Assembly: GCA_035569175.1 (NCBI GenBank)
Contig: DATMNJ010000170.1
Location: 1-32,000, forward strand
DNA from: Thermoanaerobaculia bacterium
GTDB taxonomy: Bacteria; Acidobacteriota; Thermoanaerobaculia; UBA5066; Gp7-AA6
Direction: 5' to 3'
Length of the DNA: 32,000 nucleotides
The position numbers and the translations under genes are program-made. Under the pieces are notes generated by a model. It was not told where the DNA came from and searched no databases. It was given only the letters and a program-made list of their open reading frames with translations. Positions 24,937 through 32,000 of the stretch are shown here, piece by piece. Numbering within the stretch: the first letter of the stretch is position 1; each line of letters opens with the position of its first letter.

Positions 24937-27351
24937 ATGCCCAAAAAGTTCGCGCTCCTGGCCCTGACTCTGGCGCTGGCGCCCGGAAGGCTCCGAGCCG
25001 CAACGAGTTTTCAGGCCGCCTACGTGAGCCCCGCGTCGGGGCCCGCCGCCGGCGGGACGAACGTCTCGCTCGTCGGCAACCAGTTTCTCGCCGGCGCCAG
25101 TGTCAGCGTCGGCGGAGCGAGCGCCTCCGCGAGCGTCACCGGCTCCACGCGGATCGGCGTCACCATGCCCGCGCTCAACGCCGGCGCCGTTTACGACGTC
25201 GTCGTCACGAACTCGGGCGGGCCGACGAGCACCCTGCCGCGGGCCTGGTTCGCCGATTTCGCGGACGTCGCCCTGGCCAACCCCTTCCACGCCTCCATCG
25301 AGCAGATGGTCCGCGACGGAATCACCGCGGGGTGCGGCGGCGGCAACTACTGTCCGAGCTCGTCGATCACGCGGGCGCAGATGGCGGTCTTTCTGCTGCG
25401 CGCGGGCCACGGCTCAGGCTACGTGCCTCCGCCGGCCACCGGCACGGTCTTCAGCGACGTCGGCGCCAGCGACTTCGCGGCCGACTGGATCGAGGAGCTC
25501 CACGCCGAAGGCATCACGGGAGGCTGCGCCACGAACCCGCTGCGCTACTGCCCGAACAGCGCGATCACCCGCGGGCAGATGGCGGCCTTTCTCCTGAAGG
25601 TCTACCACGGCACGTCCTATGCCCCGCCGCCCGCCCAGGGCGTCTTCAGCGACGTCCCGACGTCGATCCCCCTGGCTCCCTGGATCGAGGAGCTCGCTCG
25701 GCTGTCGGTCACGGCCGGCTGCGGCGGCACGGCGTACTGTCCCGCCAACTCCGTCACGCGCGGCCAGATGGCGGTCTTCATGACGAAGACGTTTCACCGT
25801 CCGGACGCCATCCGTTTTCTCGAGCAGGCCACCTGGGGCCCGAGCGACGCCGACGTCGGCGCGGTGCTCGGCCAGGGTTACCTTCCGTGGCTCGCGGCCC
25901 AGAACGCCGCCGCGCCATCGAGCTACCCCGGCAGCCTCTTCCCGCTCTGGCCGGGGGACACGCCCGCCTCGTGCGACGACATCTGCTACCGCGACAACTA
26001 CACGTCGTACCGGCTGCAGAATCGCTTCTTCCTCAACGCCCTCTACGGCCCCGATCAACTCCGTCAGCGGGTCGCGTGGGGCCTCCACAAGCTCGTCGTG
26101 ATCTCGGAGGACGTCCTGCCCTACCCCTTCCAGATGGCGCCGTACCTGCGCGTGCTCGACCTGAACGCGTTCGGCAACTACCGCGACATCCTCTATGGCG
26201 TCAGCCTCAACCCGGCCATGGGCGAGTACCTCAACATGGACACGTCGACCAAGGACGACCCCAACGAGAACTATGCCCGCGAAATCATGCAGCTCTTCTC
26301 GATCGGGACCGTCCTTCTGAATCAGGACGGGACGACGCAGAACGACGTCAACGGCCCGAAGCCGACCTACGACCAGGCCGTCATCGACGAGTTCAAGCGG
26401 GTCTACACCGGTTGGTTCGTCGACCAGGTGACCTGCCCGGCGCCCAACGGCGGGGACACGTGCGACGACTGGGTCAGCAACATGTCCTTCGATCCGGACC
26501 TCCACGACACCGACCCGAAGACGCTCTTCTCGGGCTATCCGGGAGGGCCTGTCATGCTGCCGGCCGACCAGACCGGGAGCCAGGACCTGAACCAGACGGT
26601 CGACGCGATCTTCAATCACCCGAACGTCGGGCCGTACGTCGCGCGGGAGCTCATCCACAGCCTGGTGACCTCGAATCCCTCGCCGGAGTACGTCGAGCGT
26701 GTGGCCGGCTTCTTCAACGACGACGGGACCGGCGCCCGGGGCAAGCTCTGGCCGGTCGTCAAGGCGATCCTGCTCGACCCCGAGGCCCGCAACGCGCCGA
26801 CCGATCCGATCTTCGGCCACCTGCGCGAGCCGGCGCTCTACATCACCAACGTGCTGCGGGCGTTCCACGCGATGTCGGCGGACCGCACGACGCAGTCCGA
26901 CGGCAACGTCGAGCCCTTCGCCCGCGACATGGGCCAGAAGATCTGGAAGCCGCCGACGGTGTTCAGCTACTTCCCGCAGGCCTATGCGGCGCCCCCGGCC
27001 TCCGCGGGCGTCCTCGGACCCGAGTTCGGGATCATGAACTCGCAGACGTCGTTGAAGCGCGCGAACTTCGTCAACCAGATGACCATCTGGGGCGGCATCG
27101 CCGCGGACCCCGGCAACGACACGCCCAACGGCACCTCCCTCGACTACGCCGAGTTGACCCTGCTCGCATCCAGCCCGGCCAACCTGGTGGACCGGCTCAA
27201 CCGGCTCCTCCTGCACGGGACGATGTCCGACGAGCTGCGCGCCTCGATCGTCACCGCCGTCAACGCCGTCGATGCGGGCGACCCGCTCGGACGAGCCGAG
27301 CAGGCCCTGTACCTGGTCGGCGTCGCCTCGCAATACCAGGTGGAGAGGTAA
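24937..27351 (+). CDS. Secreted IPT/TIG + 3x SLH-like repeat + DUF1800 domain protein
   Basis: Signal peptide MPKKFALLALTLALAPGRLRA. GTG 24931 is an alternative start. Followed by an IPT/TIG-like beta domain (GGTNVSLVGNQF..VYDVVVTN), three ~60-aa repeats, then the DUF1800 signature NENYAREIMQLFSIG and a long C-terminal domain. 804 aa. Confidence 0.8.
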   Translation: MPKKFALLALTLALAPGRLRAATSFQAAYVSPASGPAAGGTNVSLVGNQFLAGASVSVGGASASASVTGSTRIGVTMPALNAGAVYDVVVTNSGGPTSTLPRAWFADFADVALANPFHASIEQMVRDGITAGCGGGNYCPSSSITRAQMAVFLLRAGHGSGYVPPPATGTVFSDVGASDFAADWIEELHAEGITGGCATNPLRYCPNSAITRGQMAAFLLKVYHGTSYAPPPAQGVFSDVPTSIPLAPWIEELARLSVTAGCGGTAYCPANSVTRGQMAVFMTKTFHRPDAIRFLEQATWGPSDADVGAVLGQGYLPWLAAQNAAAPSSYPGSLFPLWPGDTPASCDDICYRDNYTSYRLQNRFFLNALYGPDQLRQRVAWGLHKLVVISEDVLPYPFQMAPYLRVLDLNAFGNYRDILYGVSLNPAMGEYLNMDTSTKDDPNENYAREIMQLFSIGTVLLNQDGTTQNDVNGPKPTYDQAVIDEFKRVYTGWFVDQVTCPAPNGGDTCDDWVSNMSFDPDLHDTDPKTLFSGYPGGPVMLPADQTGSQDLNQTVDAIFNHPNVGPYVARELIHSLVTSNPSPEYVERVAGFFNDDGTGARGKLWPVVKAILLDPEARNAPTDPIFGHLREPALYITNVLRAFHAMSADRTTQSDGNVEPFARDMGQKIWKPPTVFSYFPQAYAAPPASAGVLGPEFGIMNSQTSLKRANFVNQMTIWGGIAADPGNDTPNGTSLDYAELTLLASSPANLVDRLNRLLLHGTMSDELRASIVTAVNAVDAGDPLGRAEQALYLVGVASQYQVER
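25258..25803 (+). repeat. Three tandem ~60-aa SLH-like repeats inside the DUF1800 gene
   Basis: The repeat units are as follows. (1) F(A/S)DV..(W)IE(Q/E)..GIT(A/G)GC....YCP.(S/N)S(I/V)TR(A/G)QMA(V/A)F(L/M). (2) ASIEQMVRDGITAGCGGGNYCPSSSITRAQMAVFLLRA. (3) ADWIEELHAEGITGGCATNPLRYCPNSAITRGQMAAFLLKV. (4) APWIEELARLSVTAGCGGTAYCPANSVTRGQMAVFMTKT. Confidence 0.75.
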
Positions 27352-27355
27352 GCCC

Positions 27356-28789
27356 ATGACACAGTCCAGACGCGAATTTCTCATCCGCACGACCTGCGCA
27401 GGCCTCTCCGCCGCCGCGGCCCAGGCCAGCCTGCGCAAGCTCGGCCTGATGAACCTCTACGCGCGCCCCTCGGCGCCGACCGATTACCGCGCCATGGTCT
27501 GCATCTTCATGGACGGCGGCAACGACTCGAACAACATGGTCATCCCGAGCGATGCGTTCTGGGACAACCAGTATGCCGTCGCCCGCCCGGCCAACTCGGG
27601 AATCCAGATCGCCAAGGGGGCGCTCGCTCCGCTCAACGCGCCGCCAAGCCTCGGCGGCCGGACCTTCGGACTCCATCCCTCCTTGACCGAGCTCGCCGGC
27701 CTCTTCAACCAGAACAGGCTCGGCATCGTCACGAACGTCGGCCCGCTCGTGGTGCCCGTGACGCAGTCGAACATCGACTCGAGTCCCACGCCCTACTCGC
27801 TCTTTTCCCACTCGGACCAGATCGACTGCTGGCAGTCGGGGCGCTCCGACCAGCGGATCGCGACCGGATGGGGCGGCCGCAGCGCGGACGCCACGATCAA
27901 CTGCAACGGCGGGTCCGGGTTTCCGACCGTCACGACGATCTCCGGCGCCTCGACGTTCTGCGTGGGTGCGGGCCAGCGCCCGCTCGCGATCGACACGGGC
28001 GCGCTCGACCAGGTCCTCGTCCTGAACGGCTTCTACGGCTCGCCGCAGGACGTCGCGCGCAAGACCTCGATGGACTATGCCCGCACGATCGACCGCACGG
28101 CGACCCTGATCGCCGCGGCCAGCGACACGACGCAGCAGGCGGTGGACATCAGCGCCGCGCTCTCCATCGATCCCACGTTGACGACCGTCTTCCCCCAGAC
28201 GGACCTCGGCTCCCAGCTCCAGCAGGTGGCCAAGGTCATGAAGCTGAACCTCAACTCCGCCGAGCTGTCGTTGAACCGCCAGATCTTCTACGTCGAGACC
28301 GGCGGCTACGACACCCACCAGGACCAGCTGGCCGACCAATCCGATCGTTTCGTCGAGCTCTCCCAGGCGATGGCGGCCTTCTACGCCGCCACGCAGGAGC
28401 TCGGCATCTCCGACCGCGTGGTCACGTTCACGCTCTCGGATTTCGGCCGGACGCTCGCGCCCTCGGGCGATCAGGGCTCGGTCGGCAGCGATCACGGCTG
28501 GGGAAGCCACCACTTCGTGATGGGCGACGCCGTCGCGGGGGGCAACTTCTACGGCATGCCGAACACCCTGACCGGGCACCTCTTCCCCGACCTGGTGATC
28601 GGCGGCCTGGATGACATCTCGCCGGACGACCGCGGCCGCTGGATCCCGACGACGTCCGTCGAGCAGTATGCCGGAACGCTCGCGCGCTGGTTCGGCGTCT
28701 CGGCGCTCGACCTGCCGGTCGTCTTCCCGCTCGTCTCCAACTTCGCCCCCAACACGCTGTCCTTTCTGACGCCCGGATCGAGCTGCTGA
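27356..28789 (+). CDS. DUF1501 (sulfatase-fold-like) protein with twin-arginine signal
   Basis: ATG 27356 lies 4 nt after the DUF1800 stop, with GGAGAGG upstream. Tat-type N-terminus MTQSRREFLIRTTCAGLSAAAA. DUF1501 blocks ETGGYDTHQDQ and GSDHGWGSHHFVMGDAVAGGNFYG. 477 aa. Confidence 0.85.
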   Translation: MTQSRREFLIRTTCAGLSAAAAQASLRKLGLMNLYARPSAPTDYRAMVCIFMDGGNDSNNMVIPSDAFWDNQYAVARPANSGIQIAKGALAPLNAPPSLGGRTFGLHPSLTELAGLFNQNRLGIVTNVGPLVVPVTQSNIDSSPTPYSLFSHSDQIDCWQSGRSDQRIATGWGGRSADATINCNGGSGFPTVTTISGASTFCVGAGQRPLAIDTGALDQVLVLNGFYGSPQDVARKTSMDYARTIDRTATLIAAASDTTQQAVDISAALSIDPTLTTVFPQTDLGSQLQQVAKVMKLNLNSAELSLNRQIFYVETGGYDTHQDQLADQSDRFVELSQAMAAFYAATQELGISDRVVTFTLSDFGRTLAPSGDQGSVGSDHGWGSHHFVMGDAVAGGNFYGMPNTLTGHLFPDLVIGGLDDISPDDRGRWIPTTSVEQYAGTLARWFGVSALDLPVVFPLVSNFAPNTLSFLTPGSSC

Positions 28790-28814
28790 AGCACGGGTAG
28801 AATCCCGGCACACG

Positions 28815-28837
28815 GCCTCGCCCTCCTGGGGCGAGGC
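28815..28837 (+). terminator. GC hairpin (9-bp stem GCCTCGCCC/GGGCGAGGC, 5-nt loop) after the DUF1501 gene
   Basis: Perfect 9-bp stem 28815-28823 / 28829-28837. It lies 26 nt after the stop and 8 nt before the next ATG. No U-tract. Confidence 0.3.
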
Positions 28838-28845
28838 TCGAACCC

Positions 28846-29796
28846 ATGAACCCGGACGTCGTCGAAGCGATCGGGCGTTTGCGCCAGGCGCGCGTGCTCA
28901 CCGACGAGCAGGCGGCGCCGCTCGCGCGCGCGGCACGGGGCGAGCTCGTGTCGATCGAGCTCGAGCTCCGCGTGCTGCTCTATACCGGGGTCCTCCTCGT
29001 CACGACCGCCGTCGGCCTCTTCCTGAAGGAGAACCACGAGCGCATCGGCCCGGCGGCCATCGCGACGCTGATCGCAGCAGCGGCGGCGGCCTGCCTCGCG
29101 TACGCCTGGCGCCGCCTTCCCCCCTTTTCGTGGCAGAGCACGGTCTCGCCCCACCTCGCCGCGGATTACGTCCTGCTGCTCGGCGTCCTGCTCGCCGCCG
29201 CGGACCTCGCATACGCCGAGACCCAGTTTCGCGTCCTGGGACCGCGCTGGCCGTACCACCTGCTCGTCGTCGCCGTCCTTGCGGTGGCCGCCGCCTACCG
29301 ATTCGATTCGCGCGCCGTGTTGTCGCTCGGCCTGACCTCGTTCGCCGCGTGGCGCGGCGTCGCCGTGTCGCTCTCGTTCGCGTCGAGCGGCGCCGCCTCG
29401 GAGCCGGCCGTGCGCTGGAACGCCCTGGCCTGCGGCGTTGTCTTCGTCGGGGCGGGCATCCTGTCCGTCCGCACCCGCCGTAAGGCGCACTTCGAGCCCG
29501 TGTACGTCACGCTCGGACTCCTGCTCGCCTTCGGAGGATTTCTGTCGGGCGTCTTCGACTCGAGCTGGCGCCTGTGGGCGATCCCACTCTGGATCGCGGC
29601 GGTGCTCGTCATCGCCCTGGCCTACCGACATCGCCGCGTTCTCGATTTCACCATCGCCGTCGTGGCGGCATACCTCGGCGCGCTGCGCGTGCTCGGCGGG
29701 ATGGTCGGACGCTCGTACTTCCTGGTCGCCGTGACGAGCCTGGCCGTTGTGGCCTTCCTCGTTCTCGCACAGCGGCGAGTGAAGGAGGCGCGGTGA
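28846..29796 (+). CDS. Polytopic membrane protein, DUF2157-like
   Basis: A short soluble N-terminus (VVEAIGRLRQARVLTDEQAAPL) is followed by about 9 hydrophobic helices. 316 aa. Family call is by architecture only. Confidence 0.5.
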   Translation: MNPDVVEAIGRLRQARVLTDEQAAPLARAARGELVSIELELRVLLYTGVLLVTTAVGLFLKENHERIGPAAIATLIAAAAAACLAYAWRRLPPFSWQSTVSPHLAADYVLLLGVLLAAADLAYAETQFRVLGPRWPYHLLVVAVLAVAAAYRFDSRAVLSLGLTSFAAWRGVAVSLSFASSGAASEPAVRWNALACGVVFVGAGILSVRTRRKAHFEPVYVTLGLLLAFGGFLSGVFDSSWRLWAIPLWIAAVLVIALAYRHRRVLDFTIAVVAAYLGALRVLGGMVGRSYFLVAVTSLAVVAFLVLAQRRVKEAR

Positions 29797-30968
29797 CGAG
29801 AGTCCGCGCGGAGGCGTCCCGAATCGCCGAGGTGCGACAGGCGGCGCGCGCGTGGCACGCAGCCGGCGCCATCGACGCCCCCACTCTGACGTCGATCGAG
29901 GCCGCTTATCCCGAGGAGCGCCACCGCCTCGCCGCGGCCTGGAAGGTTCTCGTCTTCGTCATCGTCTCGATCGCGGCAAACGCGGCCGCTTTTCCCCTCG
30001 TCCGATTCGGCGGCACGGCCGAGAATGCCGTGTCCTGGCTGGTCATCGCGGCGATCCTCGCCGCCGTCACGGAGGCGCTCCTGCGCTCGCGCCGGATCGG
30101 TGAAAACGGCAGCGCCGCCGCGACCTCCTTCTGGGCGGTCGTGTACGCCGTCATGGGATCCGCCTTCGCCCTCCTCGGCGCGCCGGAGAGGAGCAGCGAA
30201 CGCGCGGCGACGCTCGCGCTGCTGGCCGCGGCGGTCCTCTTCTCTGCGGCTTGCTGGCACTGGGGGTTCGCGGCGTACGGCGCCTTCGCAGCGATTGCGT
30301 TCTTCTTCCTTTTCGCGCGCTTTCCGGGCGGACGGCTGTGGTGGATCCTCGCGGGCGTTCTCCTCATCGCCGCCGCCGCGCGGCAGATCGAGCGGGCCGC
30401 CCTCGCCCCCCCGCTGCGCCGCGCGTGGGCGGGTGTTCTGGCCGTAGCGGCGGTCGCCCTGTACGCGGCGTTCAACCGCTTCTGCCTCGACCGGCGGCTG
30501 ATCGAGTCCGTCGCGAGTCCAGGTTCGGCGGCGGCGACGGCTCCGTCCGCCGTCACCCTGCTCGTGTCCAGCCTCGCAACGGCCGCCCTCCCCCTGCTCT
30601 TCATCGCCTGGGGCCTCCACGAGCGGCGAACGCTCGTGCTCGATCTTGGCGTCGTCCTTGGCGCCCTGTCTCTGGTCACGCTGCGCTACTACGTGCACCT
30701 CGCCCCGCTCTGGGTCGTTCTTCTCGCGGCCGGCGCCGTCGTCATACTCGCCGCGCTCGCGCTGAACCGGCGGCTGCGGCGCGCTCCCGGCGGCGAATGG
30801 GCAGGCTTCACCGCCCGGCCGCTCTTCTCGCGAAGATCCGTCGCAGGCCTCCAGGCGGCCGCCGTCGTGGCCGCCTTCGCGCCGGATGCCGCGCCCGGAC
30901 CCGACCGCGGCGGCTTCACCCCGGGAGGCGGCCGGTTTGGCGGCGGCGGCGCAACCGGCTCGTTCTAG
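29793..30968 (+). CDS. Polytopic membrane protein (DUF2157-like paralogue) with Gly-rich C-terminal tail
   Basis: The GTG 29793 start overlaps the previous stop (GTGA), with GAAGGAGG 4-5 nt upstream. The N-terminus (IAEVRQAARAWHAAGAIDAPTLTSIEAAY) resembles the previous protein. Many TM helices follow, and the C-terminus is GGFTPGGGRFGGGGATGSF. 391 aa. Confidence 0.5.
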   Translation: MTRVRAEASRIAEVRQAARAWHAAGAIDAPTLTSIEAAYPEERHRLAAAWKVLVFVIVSIAANAAAFPLVRFGGTAENAVSWLVIAAILAAVTEALLRSRRIGENGSAAATSFWAVVYAVMGSAFALLGAPERSSERAATLALLAAAVLFSAACWHWGFAAYGAFAAIAFFFLFARFPGGRLWWILAGVLLIAAAARQIERAALAPPLRRAWAGVLAVAAVALYAAFNRFCLDRRLIESVASPGSAAATAPSAVTLLVSSLATAALPLLFIAWGLHERRTLVLDLGVVLGALSLVTLRYYVHLAPLWVVLLAAGAVVILAALALNRRLRRAPGGEWAGFTARPLFSRRSVAGLQAAAVVAAFAPDAAPGPDRGGFTPGGGRFGGGGATGSF

Positions 30969-30971
30969 CGG

Positions 30972-32000
30972 CTACTTCCCTCTCAGGATCTCGATGTTCC
31001 CGTTCGAGTCCTCGAGCGAGAGCGGGCACTTGCCGTCGCCGATCTTGCCCGAGAGCGCGTCGGTGGAGATCGATCCGCTGATGGTCAGCGGGACCTGGCT
31101 CGAAACCTTGCCGAAGGACGTGCGGGCGCTGACGTCGTAGCCGGTCCCCTCCGACACGTACAGGCGGATCGGCGCGAAGGATCCCTTCAGGGTCACCGGG
31201 AAGCACTTGCCGGCGCCCGGCAGCCCCCGCACCTCGATCGAGCCGTTCTGGTTGTCCACGTCGACCCGGCCCGCGATTCCGTCGAGGGCCACCGGGGCGA
31301 AGGACGTCGTGACCTTTGCGCCGCCCTTGACCGCCGTGGCGCGCACGGCGCCGTTGGAGTTGTCCACCGTCAGATCCCCCTCGATCCGCGTCGCCTCGAC
31401 CAGGCCGAAGCTCGTGCTGACCGAAGCGGCACCACTGACGTCGGAAAGGGTGACGGCGCTGTTGTTGCCGACGACCCTCACGTCCTTGCGCGCCTGCGTG
31501 ACGGAAATCTTGCCGAAGGAGCCGCGGGCGTCGACGCGGCCGCCGACGTTGGCGAGCAGGACGGAGCCGTTGTCGTCGACGACCGTCGCATCCCCCGGGA
31601 TCCCCGAGGCGTCCACCTCGCCGAAGCTCGTCTTGAGGTTCGCGGAGCTCTTCACGTCGCGCACCCGAACGCTGCCATTCGAGTTGCGCACCTCGACGGC
31701 GCCGCCGACGTCGCGGACGTCGATCCGCCCGAAGGAGCCGGTGAGGCTCGCCGTCCCGGTCACCTCCTCGACCACGACGTCGCCGTTGGACGTGTTGACG
31801 GTGACCGCCCCCTTCGCCTTTTTCACCTGAACCGCGCCGAACCGGTTGCGGATCGATACGGCTCCCTCCACATCGGTCGCGACGACGGCGCCGTTGGAGC
31901 CCGAGATCTCGACCTCGCCGGCGTTGCGGTTCACCGTGATCGAGCCGAAGGAGTTTTCGAGCCGCTGCCGCCCGCGGCCGTCGGAGAGCGAGAGCTGGCC
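30972..32000 (-). CDS. DUF4097-type beta-strand repeat protein (putative adhesin-like), 5' end outside window
   Basis: The frame stays open and keeps the repeat pattern (..ENSFGSITVNRNAGEVE..) through to position 32000, so the track start at 31934 is internal. It has more than 12 iterations of a ~20-aa unit of the form G.V.V.NSNG.V.V..V.G...V.TSFG.I. Stop lies 3 nt from the convergent membrane gene. Confidence 0.75.
   Translation of the reverse strand, partial: GQLSLSDGRGRQRLENSFGSITVNRNAGEVEISGSNGAVVATDVEGAVSIRNRFGAVQVKKAKGAVTVNTSNGDVVVEEVTGTASLTGSFGRIDVRDVGGAVEVRNSNGSVRVRDVKSSANLKTSFGEVDASGIPGDATVVDDNGSVLLANVGGRVDARGSFGKISVTQARKDVRVVGNNSAVTLSDVSGAASVSTSFGLVEATRIEGDLTVDNSNGAVRATAVKGGAKVTTSFAPVALDGIAGRVDVDNQNGSIEVRGLPGAGKCFPVTLKGSFAPIRLYVSEGTGYDVSARTSFGKVSSQVPLTISGSISTDALSGKIGDGKCPLSLEDSNGNIEILRGK

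Noticed and set aside
25414-28813. Two long minus-strand ORFs (674 aa and 517 aa) opposite the DUF1800 and DUF1501 genes
   Set aside because: They are antisense to genes with clear signal peptides and family signatures. Their translations are Arg/Gly/Asp/Val-rich with no motifs.
28790-28845. tRNA-like T-arm sequence GGCTCGAACCC
   Set aside because: The intergenic gap is only 56 nt, too short for a tRNA. The sequence is the 3' half of a simple GC hairpin plus the approach to the next start codon.

Overview
This is a very GC-rich bacterial chromosomal segment. Third codon positions are almost always G/C, so all six frames carry long spurious Arg/Pro/Ala-rich ORFs. I support 29 protein-coding genes. 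I recognised no rRNA, tRNA, CRISPR array, transposase or integrase. Left third: a hopanoid core cluster (shc-hpnH, then hpnA-hpnG-sqs). It is flanked by a divergent secreted Pro/Gly-repeat protein and a convergent orphan diiron protein with two EExRH motifs. Middle: one long + strand operon (8880-19896) with tight translational coupling. It starts with the MEP-pathway genes dxs-ispH and runs without a break into eight more genes. These are an HpnL-like UPF0104 membrane protein, a HAD hydrolase, a sugar-phosphate nucleotidyltransferase, an ATP-grasp enzyme and a class-III aminotransferase. They are followed by a Gfo/Idh/MocA dehydrogenase, a CDP-alcohol phosphotransferase with a degenerate N-terminal nucleotidyltransferase-like domain, and myo-inositol-1-phosphate synthase. 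This eight-gene block is the most interesting object in the window. It combines CDP-inositol/di-inositol-phosphate-type chemistry with inosose/inosamine-type (dehydrogenase + aminotransferase) and ligase functions, and it is wired to hopanoid and isoprenoid genes. I read it as a candidate undescribed polar head-group pathway, possibly a phospho-(amino)inositol hopanoid or lipid. That reading is inference only. Right third: housekeeping and envelope genes. These are dinB, an MA-clan peptidase, gltA, a PaaI thioesterase, an esterase, an IPT/SLH-like/DUF1800 protein paired with a Tat-signal DUF1501 protein, two DUF2157-like membrane proteins, and a DUF4097 beta-repeat protein that runs off the window. 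Taxon guess (inference only): Acidobacteriota-like, based on the Sqs-type hopanoid cluster, the DUF1800/DUF1501 pair and the high GC. All family assignments come from motifs read by eye in the translations. No database search was possible.
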